Positions 36,924 through 46,673 of a DNA stretch of 46,673 bases are shown one piece after another. This DNA is from Amoebophrya sp. A120 (lineage: Eukaryota; Protista; Dinoflagellata): NCBI GenBank assembly GCA_905178155.1, contig CAJINV010000006.1, positions 105,415 to 152,087 on the forward strand, written 5' to 3'. The notes beneath the pieces are model-generated. The model worked only from the letters and a program-made list of their open reading frames with translations. It was not told the DNA's origin and did no database searches. The translations under genes and the position numbers were made by a program. Within the stretch, counting starts at the first letter, position 1, and each line of letters starts with the position of its first letter.

Positions 36924-39900
36924 TCAGCTTCTTTGATTTTTAGAAAATTCCACATCGAAATATTCTATGAATTGCAAAAGTATCGTACGTGCATAAATGC
37001 ATTGCAAATTTCCCCAGCATGAGAAATAAAATTTGTAATGCTGATTTACCGTAAGAAAAAGATTTGTAATGCATGCTGCATGCATGATTGCAGTACGAGT
37101 ACGATATTTTTGCACAGGATATACTCGCTAAACCAGGTTGGGTCTTCCTCGCGCAGTTTTTCTTCATTTGCTATCGAAACGAAAGATCCCCCCTCCCCAT
37201 ATCAAAACGGAATTTCTGATGCTGGATTGGTGTACACGAATCAGCTTTGTATTGCAGAGAGGCACTGCGGCCAGATCCCCAGGCTAGGTAGGGGCGTATG
37301 GGCCTAGTTGTTCAGCATGACAAACGGCTGACCTTTAGGCCCAACAGCATGACAAATTGCTTCCATAATGGGGCGGAAGCTTCTGCCCTTGTCTTCTTGC
37401 AAGACAGGTGTGATTTGTGACCTCAAAACAGCAGCACAAATTTTCGGAAACATACCTGTTCGATATGGGGAGGCGGGATTTTTCCTCTCAATATTTTCCC
37501 GGAACCAGTGCCACCACTCCCCGGCTATCCTGTGGAAAACCGTCCCCACCCCATAGTCAAGCTGGTAAGTCTGCAACACGAATGTTCAAGTTTTGCGAGT
37601 TGTGCATGACAAGTTCGTCCCCTCTGCAGCGTAGTGCTGGTTAGCAAGGGAAGCTGTGTGAGGAAGTCATTTTCTCATCCTGTTTACATCATTACAAGCT
37701 TCAAAACACGATTGGAAATGCCTCTCATGGAGCTGCGCATCACAAATCGATTCCTGTCATTGCACATTTGCATGGCAGCTCTGGGGTGGGGGCGTTTTTG
37801 CTCAGCATACCGGCCGCCGAGGGCAGGCCGACTGCGGACCAGTCTTGCGCGCCGCCATCGTCGAGCTGAGCTGCCTATCAAATGCAAAAATGTCTGGGTC
37901 TCGAAGATTTGTAGATTTGTCATGCATATTTTCCATGACCCATGTTGTCTGTAATGCCTAACCTGGCATCACAGATTTTTAGAGGGAATCCTGATGCCTA
38001 ATCTGCATGAGAAATGCCCTCGCCGTGTAGAACAAACTGGACTCCTTTTGCTCCTCATGCAATACAGATTTTTTTCGAATCCGAAGACAGCATCACAAGT
38101 TACAACCTTCCAGACCCAGACATTTTTGCAATCCATACTGCCTCTGGTGTCACTTCATCTTGTTGCCTCGACCCTGATATTAAAACAGTCCCGGAACTAC
38201 AAGAACTTTCATCATGCGGCCCGAAGATGTCGAAGGCCAGGGCGCCCTGCGGGGGTAATTGCCGAAAGGCGGACGCGGTTGCAAGCATCTGCCTGCAGTT
38301 GGTGCTTCCACTGACGATCCAGCTCGCGAGAGAATGGTTAAACGCCTCGGCACCATGAAATATTTCTTCCAAATTGGTTGTGATTCCAATCTATGCATTG
38401 CAAATATGTGTGGGTGTGGGAGATCGCGAGATTTGTCATGCTAGTCTGGCATGACTCTGAGCTTTGCATTGCGTGGCCGCGAAGTAGAGCTCCTCTCGCC
38501 TGTCATGCTAAGCCGCAGTTATTTCTCATGCGGAGTACGCAACTCAGAACCACGGAAAAACTTGTCATGCTTGAAAGCGTAAGCGCATTACAGTGTGCTC
38601 ACTATTCCCTTCCTTGCATCATAAGTTTCCAGACCCAGGCATATTTGCATTTGATACTACCTCCCATCTGTCCAGTGCCTGGTTGAAGCGCTTCGCGTGC
38701 TGAAACATCCGGGCCATAGAAGTCACTTCCCTTTTGCATTGCAAATATGTCTGGGTCTGAAACCTTGTGATGCTGGGTGGCGTATCATGAGGAGGCCACA
38801 AGTGCTGGCTCAGCATGACAAGTTTGTGAGCTACTTCTAGGTGTTGCCTATTCTGCATGGCAAACTGCATTTCTGCATGACAGAAAAATGGGGCTCTTGG
38901 GTGACGTGCATGACAGATTTAACAGTCATGCCAGACAAGCATGACAAACCTGCATTCTCGTCCCAGACCCAGACATATCTGCACTTGATATTCCTCACGT
39001 CCCAGCCATTCAAATCCCGGTCGAAATTAACCGCGCACGAAAACATCCCCTATCCTGAGCAAAAACGTCCCCACCCCAGAGTCAAGTTGGGAAATCTGCT
39101 ACGACAAATCAGCGAGCTTTTCTTGTTGCGCATGACAAGTTCTTTGGCGTCGTAGTGTGATTATCCTGTTGAGCTAGTAAAGTAGCATCGCAAATCTAGC
39201 ATCTCATGCTGATTGAAGCATCGCAAATTCCGAAAAACGAACTGAAATTGCTTCTCATGAGAAATATTTTCAGCATGCAGGTTTGCAAGACAACTCTGGT
39301 GTGGGGACGTTTTTACGTAGGATACCCCTTCCATGTTGGTCACCTTCGATACGTCCCACTGACGGATATCTTGGTCGTATCCTGAGTAAAAGCGTCCCCA
39401 CCCCGTAGTTGTCATGCAGATTTGCAGTCACAGAAAGATTTGTCATGCGGATCGCCATGAGAGACAATTCCAGTCGTGTTTTGGACTTTGTGATGCTGTA
39501 AACAGGATGAGCAGAAGGATTTGTGTTGCGGCTGTACTTGCTAAACTGCACTACAATACAGAGACGAACTTGTCATGCTTTACCCCCAAAACCTCTCTTC
39601 ATGTGTTGCGAGATCCCCATCTCGACTCTGGGGTGCGGACGTTTTTGCTCAGCGTAGGTCGAAAGCCAGGCAGCCGGCGAAGCAGTACTGGAGGTTGGTA
39701 ACGCGGCTGGTGTTCCACGCATCCAGGGGTTGGTTGAAGTCTTTGTTTTCGTAGAACATGAGCTCCATGGTATTCTGTGTAAAAACGTCCCCACCCCAGA
39801 GTTGTCATGCAAATGTGCAATGACAGGAAGATTTGCATTTGTAATGCGCACTTCCATGAGGGGCATTTCCAGTCGTGTTTTGGAATTTGTAATGCTGTAA

Positions 39901-42900
39901 ACAGGACGAGAAAATGGCTTTGCCATGCGGCTTTCTTTGCCAGCCAGTACTACACTGCAGATGGAAAGAACTTGTCATGCAGAGCCCCCAAAACTAGGGG
40001 ATTTGTGTTGCAGACTTCCCCTCTTGACTATGGTATGGGGACGTTTTTACATAGGATACATGGTAGTGGCGCCAGAAACATCCCACTGACTTATGTCCTC
40101 GTTGAAGCCCCTTCCGGCAAACGACGTGCGATTGTTATGCATTGCAAATATGTCTGGGTCTGGAAGATTGCAACTTGTCATGCTAAATCCGGATCATGCA
40201 AAAATTTGTGTTGCATGAGTGTCAAAAGCTGTCCACTTTCGACAAAGTTGGGAGGGAGTTTCTCATGCAGGATAGGCATGACAGAGACGTCACAGAGTCT
40301 TTCATGCTAGGTCCCGCATTGTAGACCTCATGGGTCTTGGAAAACCTGCATGACAAGTTTACATTCTTCCAGACCCAGACATATTTGCAGTTGATAATTG
40401 TGAGGCCTGGCCAAGTCGGACTGCGGATTGTGCGGCCACCCAGAGAGCAAGAGCTTCAGATCTTGAATTTTCGAAAGGTCCCAAATCCGCAGCGGTTATT
40501 GCGAGGAAAAATCCCCCCGCCTCATACCAAAACGGGACACTTCTGAAAATTTGTGATGCTGATTTGAAACCACAAATCGTCTCTGTATTGCAAGAAGGCA
40601 AATCCAAAAACCCCGCCGCGCTCTGCGGGCAATTTGTAATGCTGTATGGCCTGCGGAGGATAGGCCTGCCTTGCTAGGTGCCTACACCCAAAGGCCCCTA
40701 CTCCTGCTTTGTATCTGGTTGCAGTCTTGTACTGCAAGACAAAGCCGATTTGTGTACACAGATCCCGCATCACAGATTTCCATTTCGATATGGGGAAAAG
40801 GGATTTTTCGTTACGATACCGGGCCGTGCTTCTTTTCCACCGCACGAAGCATGGGTCGGGTGTACAGGTTGTGTCGCTTTGATATTTCCACTTCACTTTG
40901 ACTTTGCTTTCCTCCCGCACAAGAATAACTCGTTCTATTCTCGTTGTCTCGGTCAATTCTCTCCTGTACGAAACAGTGAAGACTGTACAGCGCTGCGTCA
41001 TGTGCATTGCAAATACGTCCGGGTCTGGAAGGTTGGAACTTGTCATGCTAAATCTGAATCATGTAAAGATCTGTGTAGCATGATTACCAAAAGCTGTCCA
41101 CGTGTGACCTAATCGAGGTGCACTTTCTCATGCAGAATAGGCATCATAGAACTATCACAGAATCTGTCATGCTATGTTCTACATATCACACCTCATGGGT
41201 CATGAAAAACCTGCATGACAAGTCTGGCACTCTTCCAGACCCAGACATATTTGCAGTTGATACGTCAACCTCTTCGCGGGTCTCAAAAGGCTCGAAAACT
41301 TTTATCAAATGGAAAAATCCCCCCACCCCATATCGAAAACGAAATTTGTGATGCTAAAACAACCGCACCGACATTGCCATTGTCCAGCATAGCTTTGGAG
41401 GCAAGCCTCCGCAGGCGCTGGAACGGCATAGGGTCAGAACCGCGAAAACATCGCAAGTATTTCTTCATCCCCGGGCACTTATATACTTTTCAACCTTACT
41501 TTGCGCTCACATTTCTTCACAAACGAAATTTGTGATGCTGTATTTGAGTACACAAATCGCCTTGTAATGCTAGAAGGCCAAGAGCCGCAGTTGTGGCCTC
41601 GGTTGCAGGCAATGCGTCACGCTGTTTCCCACTTCCAGTTGCTTTCTGTCATGCTGAAGATGCAAGGCTTCCCCACGCCACCCAGCACTACAGTCCGCAT
41701 TTTTTCCCTTCTAGCATGACAAAGCTGGTTTGTGACTGCAAATCTGCATCACAGATTTCCGTTTTGATATGGGGAGGGAAATTTTTCTTCTTGATAATTT
41801 TCACCAGGTACTTCATCTTGAATGCCGTCCGCAATGATGTTCCAGACCCAGGTATCCTGTGTAAAAACGTCCCCACCCCAGAGTTGTCATGCAGATTTGC
41901 CATGACAGGAACATTTGCGATGCGCGACCCCATGACAGGCATTTTCAATCGTGTTTGGGAACTTGTAATGCTGTAAACAGGATCAGAAGGTCGATTTGTG
42001 ATGCGGCGTTCCGTGCTAAGTTGCACTACCTTACGGACTGAAACTTGTCATGCGTGACTCCTAAAACTCCTAGCTTTGTGTTGCAAAATCTCCAACTTGA
42101 CTCTGGTGTGGGTACGTTTTTACTCAGGATACCAGGCATCAACCTTTCTGCGTTTGATAGGACGGCATCAAGCGACGGCGAAGACCGTTGCTGCTGCTTT
42201 TCCACTAGCTCGTATCGCAAGAAAAAACTGTTTCGTTCGTAATGCAGAAAGTGGTGTCTTGCTACACATGCAAGACATGTGCATTTCTAGGCGTGTTTTT
42301 CCTTGGGTGGCTCGCGCTCGCGGGGCAAACTTCCTTTGTGATGCAGAGCAGACTTGTGATGCAAAACTTGCAAAATCATCACAGTGAAACAGTGTTTTCG
42401 TGGGATAGCTCGTGGTATTCGGTCAAAAGGGGCAACAACTCCATTTCCCCGGTCTCTCCCATCCTATGTAAAAACATCCCCACCCCAGAGTTGTTTGTAG
42501 TGCAAATCTGCATTGTAGTCAAAATGTTTCTCATGCGGAGCCCCATGAGAAGCGTTTTCTAGTCGTGTTTTGGAATTTGTGATGCTCGAATCAGCATGAG
42601 ATGCTAGATCTGTGACGCTGCTGCACTAGATGAAACAAGACTACATTACGTTCGCAAATTTATTGTCATGCGCAACACCCGCAGCTCGTGGATTTGTCTA
42701 GCAGATTTCACATCTTGACTACGCGGTGGGGATGTTTTTACATAGGATATCTTCCTGCAGTATCAAATGCAAAAATGTCTGGGTCTGGAAGAATGCATGT
42801 TTGTCATGCTAAATCTGGATCATGCAACAATCTGTGTTGCATGAGTACCAAAAGCCGTGCATTTTTGACCAAGGTGAAAAGCAGTTTCTCATGCAGGATA

Positions 42901-44527
42901 GGCATGATAGAGCTCTCGCAGAATCTGTCATGCTAGGCGCTGCATTCCAGACCTCATGGGGCATAGAAAACCTGCATTACAAATCGCATATTCTTCCAGA
43001 CCCAGACATTTTTACAGTTGATATGCAGGTATTCCTGGTCGTCGCCATCCAAGGGGTATCAAATGCAAAAATGTCTGGGTCTGGAAAGAACTTGTGATGC
43101 AAGTCTGCGACGTTTGGGCGCACTGGAGTACACAACCACGCATGACAATTTTTCGAGCTGCTGTGTGTTGCGTACTTAATGTTAATCCGCATGACAAATT
43201 GCGTTTTTGCATGGCAGGCAAGACCACGCGCGGCTCTACCTCGTGCCAATGCACAGTCACAGACCTGCTCAGAGTTGTCATGCCAGACAAGCATCACAGA
43301 TCTTGCACTCTTCCAGAATATCGCAGATATGATATTTGCACTCGATAAGGGGTCGTCATACTCAAACAGCAGTTGGATATTTTCCCAAAACAATGATCTT
43401 CTAGCAGGAAGTCGTTTTGTAGCACCTTCTACCTTGTGGTTTTCGTCTGCACGAGGACTCGATGCACTTTCGGAAATTTTTTGATTCAGTGGTACCGCAC
43501 GGTCAACAAGAACATCGGCATCCTTATGTCGCGGATCATCCCTCTGCCTCATCAACGCATCGCAGATCGCGGCTTTCAGATCCTTCACCCGGGGGGGTTG
43601 TGGTGCTGGCGCGTGTGGTGCAAGTGCAACAGCCACAGCAGCAGCATTTTTTCCCTCGCTGCTTGTGAACCAGGAGGACGGAGACGGACCACTGCATAAT
43701 TCTTTCCTCCAAAGCAGTTCCGTTCCGCCATGAAAAAGCAACGGATCTCCGGTGAGTGCGTTCACAACAGCGATTTGTAGGGTGAGATTCTCCTGCTCGT
43801 GGTTCTTGTGGGATGAGTTGTTTTTTGGGTTCAGTATTATAGTGAAAAATGCTCCCACCTCCCCAGCACTTGCCAGCATTTGTACTGCAAACCTTTCCAA
43901 TGGAAACATTCACTCTCTTGCATATCTCAGCATCACAAATTTTCCATGCTGAATAGCTCAAATTTGTGTTGCAAAGGAGCCCAAAAGCAGGCGGATCTGT
44001 TATGCAAGATTCTGCGTCACAAAGGAGCCCCTTGCGTGCCTAGATTCTGCATCACAAAGGCTCGCAGTCCTTTCATGCAAGACAAAAAGCTTTCATTTGG
44101 AAACTTTGCATGAGAAACATTTGCAACTTCCGGGGTGGGCGAATTTTTCACTGTAATATTCGACATCTCTGGTCGTTGTACTCCTCCGGTATCATCTACT
44201 CCCACCTCGTATCAAATGCAAAGGTGTCTGGGTCTGGAAGATTCTAAACTTGTAATGCTGACTCTGGATTGTAAAAAAATTTGGATTGCATGACCAGCAA
44301 AAGGACTCCAGTTTGTGCTACGTAGAGAGGGCATTTCTCATGCGGTAGAGGCATCACAAAGTCCTCTAAAAATCTGTGATGCTAGGGCATGCATCACAGA
44401 CATCATGGGTCAGTCAAAATATGCATGACAAACCTGGCAATCTTCCAGACCCAGACATTTTTGCAGTTGATACCTCGGCGGTCGCAGGATACTGCTGCAG
44501 CGCATCGGCTATTTCCGAAGTCAACAT
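36924..44527 (-). CDS. BspA-type leucine-rich-repeat (DUF285) protein, paralog 2; 20 introns
   Basis: Continuous frame MLTSEIADALQQYPATAE...FWENIQLL...KHGPLRIWDLSKIQDL...FNEDISQWDVSGATTMELMFYENKDFNQPLDAWNTSRVTNLQYCFAGCLAFDQDIRQWDVSKVTNMEGMFSCAVNFDRDLNGWDVRKVTSMARMFQHAKRFNQALDRWEV...NQRS-stop, after removing 20 elements between 36966 and 44472. Confidence 0.9.
41853..42131. mobile_element. Introner family B (representative; about 15 copies), TIR TATCCTGTGTAAAAACGTCCCCACCCC
   Basis: DR CCAGG here. Others: 2924-3217, 5996-6298, 9992-10271, 12395-12667, 13565-13885, 25824-26102, 31718-31996, 32061-32387, 35016-35300, 37526-37809, 39051-39324, 39378-39656, 39771-40058, 42460-42749. Confidence 0.95.
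43835..44158. mobile_element. Introner family G (2 copies), TIR TATTAYAGTGAAAAAT
   Basis: Relative at 11414-11721 shares gcatttgtaytgcaaacctttccaa. Removal of either copy restores the reading frame. Confidence 0.85.
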
Positions 44528-44932
44528 CGTCTCACTTTAAATCGCCACAATGTTGTTGAGCAGGAAGAAAAGTAGAGGCGGTCTGGTAATCAACCATTCA
44601 TCTACTACTTTCAGCGATCAGGATGAAAAATCTTTTCATCGGCGGATGATCCTGTTATAGCGCGTAGGAATGAGTTCACTTGTGGTATGTGCCTATTTTC
44701 TCCGCAGCGCTGTTTTTCTGGAGAGGACAGAAAGGCATTCGACTAGCCATGAAGTTGTGTAGTGCTGTAAGTTTTTCCTTTCATGATTTGGGACTAGATC
44801 ATATGTAATGTGCAAGAGCGGGCAATAAATCATTGGAAGAAGACTGCGAAGGCCTAATATTACATGAAAAAGCGATGCAGTATATTTTCTTTTTGTGCAG
44901 GTCCTTCTGGCAAGGTCGCGCCCAGGTGCGTG

Positions 44933-46090
44933 GGGGTGGTTCTTTGGTGCCTACAACATACAATTTTACGTTCTTTGGTGCATACAACATGCGCCCAGTA
45001 GCCTGGGCGCGCTGAAATCGCAAAAAAAGTGGCATCTTTTTCCTTGGTCCGACGGAAGGCGCAAAAAAAAACAAAAAATCCTGCGCCGACCGGGCAGTTG
45101 AACAGTCGGGAAGCAGGGCGGGTGCGGAGCTGTGCTGCGCACCTGCCTGGCCTACGGCCGCTTGCCTAAAAAAAGCCCACTGGCGCCCCACCGCTTTTTC
45201 ATTTTTCCCCCTCATACAAATTCCGCTTGGCCCCTAGCTACACCCTCGGGTGCGGCCGCTGGGCCTGTCGACGGCCTACACAGGGCGCAACTCGTGCTGC
45301 CGTCCGCGTAGAGGAGACAAGCAACAGACACCGGGGGCGGACTGCGGACCCCTCCGTCTGCACGAAGACAGGGCGCAGACGACGGCGCGCCACAAGGGCC
45401 TGCGCTCCGTCCGGACAGCAATAAAGATGCCGGCGTCGGAGCGCGAAAAACCTACGAACCTTCGGCAGCCACTAAGCCCGTAGGGCGCACGCAGCTGAGC
45501 AGGCCTGCGAAGCGCCACACCCACAAAAGCCGGGGCAAGCGACGGCCCAGAACTTACGCGCCGGCCCGCCTGCTGCAAAAATTTTAGTGCTGCCTCGGGA
45601 AGAAGGCTGGCGCCCCAGAACATGGGCCGCCCTTGCTGCTGTCTTCGCCATGCTGTCTTGCACAACTTTTTGAAGGATGCGCGCGGGTCGGAAAATGCAC
45701 AAGAACTTCGTCGGCAGGCGGCGCAGCGCCCGATTACAGACCAGCACCAAGCTGGCCGCCTTGCTGCGCGAGGTGCAGGTACGTAAACTCGCCGGCGTCG
45801 ACGTCGCAATACCCACGCACCTCATCCTTCTGCTCGTCATCGAGAGCAAATCCGCACATTGCCTCGACGGCGTCTAACACTGTGCGCTGCATCTCGAAGT
45901 AGTCCACACGCACCAGCCGCTGCATCTGGTCATCTGCCCTGTCGTTTGCGTCCCCCAAATACCGGGACGAGCGGCGAATCAACCAGGACTGCATGTGCGT
46001 CCTGAGTTAATTCCATTTTTTTTACTTTTAGCGCCGCGTGCTTCTGAGTTAAGGGGTGGCTCTTTGGTGCCTACAACATACAATTTTACG
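44933..46090. repeat. 38-bp direct repeats (44933-44970 and 46053-46090) bracketing a GC-rich, introner-free 1.1-kb segment; possible mobile element
   Basis: ggggtggYtctttggtgcctacaacatacaattttacg occurs twice with 1 mismatch, plus a partial third copy at 44972-44990. Confidence 0.6.
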
Positions 46091-46563
46091 CACCGTATGG
46101 GTGCCTCCACCCGATGCGGTTCCTGGAACCGGATTGTCACTGGCGTAGGTGCCGCTGTACTCCTGGTACAGCTGTCTCAAGTTTTGCAAACCGATCTTGG
46201 CTTCATCATTCCCCGCGAAGGTTTTCTCGTGCACCATCCCGTAGAGCTCCCGTTGAATATGAGAGTGCACAACTCCCCCTCGTCCCCTCCATTTGTCATG
46301 CAAAATATCAAATCCGCATCTTGCCTCTAGGCACAGTTCGCATGAGAAATAATTTCGGAGCCTCGAACAACAGTACTACAGAAGTCCGTGTGCATATTTG
46401 TCATGCAGAAGCCACATTTCTGTCGTTGCTTGTGTTGCATGCTGTTCATGCAATACAAATGAGGGGGAGGGGGGTTGTGCACTGTCATATTGAAATTTGC
46501 TGATGTACTTCTCTAAATCCCTCTTTTCCTCCTCCGTGTGCTTTATTGTGTCCTGCTGGTGCT
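46049..46563 (-). CDS. 3' exons of a hypothetical protein entering from the window end
   Basis: Removing 46258-46489 plus one TTGAA copy joins KRDLEKYISKFQ to RELYGMVHEKTF in frame. A family-A element starts at 46564. Confidence 0.6.
46258..46489. mobile_element. Introner family F (2 copies), TIR TATGAGAGTGCACAAC-C-tract
   Basis: DR TTGAA here; inverted relative at 12704-12952. Confidence 0.85.
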
Positions 46564-46673
46564 TATGAACTGCAAATATCTCTGGATGTCTGGAAACTTG
46601 TGATGCAAGAAAGGAAATAGTGAGCACACTGTCATGCGCCCCCTAGCATGACAAGTTTTTCCGTAGTTCAGAG

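Noticed and set aside
41840-41852. Lone family-A TIR core (ttccagacccagg) in an exon
   Set aside because: Only about 12 bp, no partner TIR, and it encodes PGSG in frame. Chance cannot be excluded.
3170-44472. Recurrent ORF peptides (SNAKMSGSG, FQTQTFLHLI, LPDPDIFAFD, KCKNVWVWK, KIPPPHI) suggesting a repeat-protein family
   Set aside because: They are six-frame translations of the TIRs. They occur in all frames on both strands and disappear after splicing.
31415-44472. CRISPR-like or integron-like array (conserved ~30-bp repeats separated by short unique pieces)
   Set aside because: The repeats are inverted pairs around ~200-bp family interiors, the unique pieces are in-frame exons, and no cas or integrase genes are present.
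1511-46489. Ciliate-type IES removed at the DNA level
   Set aside because: Not excluded but disfavoured: the boundary is a variable 5-bp DR outside TAT/ATA rather than a retained TA, and the oldest copies acquire GT-AG. DNA reads lacking the elements would revive this idea.
1-46673. Autonomous transposase or reverse transcriptase that mobilises the elements
   Set aside because: No DDE, RT or recombinase motifs were recognised in any ORF or reconstructed protein in this window.

Overview
Eukaryotic DNA. The raw ORF track is mostly noise, because about 80 short (155-330 bp) non-coding elements interrupt the genes. Each element has terminal inverted repeats (TIRs) starting TAT and ending ATA and is flanked by a 5-bp direct repeat (DR). 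I count 12 TIR types. Removing each element plus one DR copy by hand rebuilds continuous minus-strand reading frames: a membrane-anchored nicotinamidase (PncA family, 3' part outside or lost from the window), two tandem paralogous hypothetical proteins (one with UIM-like repeats, both with an F-box-like motif), a Q/P-rich repeat protein, two tandem BspA/DUF285 leucine-rich-repeat proteins with 13 and 20 introns, and two partial genes. The elements therefore behave as orientation-independent, non-GT-AG introns (introners). This matches what has been reported for the parasitic dinoflagellate Amoebophrya; the taxon is my inference, and the basic phenomenon would then be known. Finer points read from the sequence: (i) an inferred 4+1 splice register inside the DR; (ii) a TGTNATGC motif and a TAT-N7-A-tract shared by unrelated families; (iii) an age series ending in elements readable as canonical GT-AG introns; (iv) no copies in intergenic DNA; (v) a 6-nt microexon; (vi) a solo LTR and a 19-bp-TSD insertion nested inside introners. 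No transposase, rRNA, tRNA or CRISPR array was recognised. All coordinates were hand-counted and may be off by a base or two.
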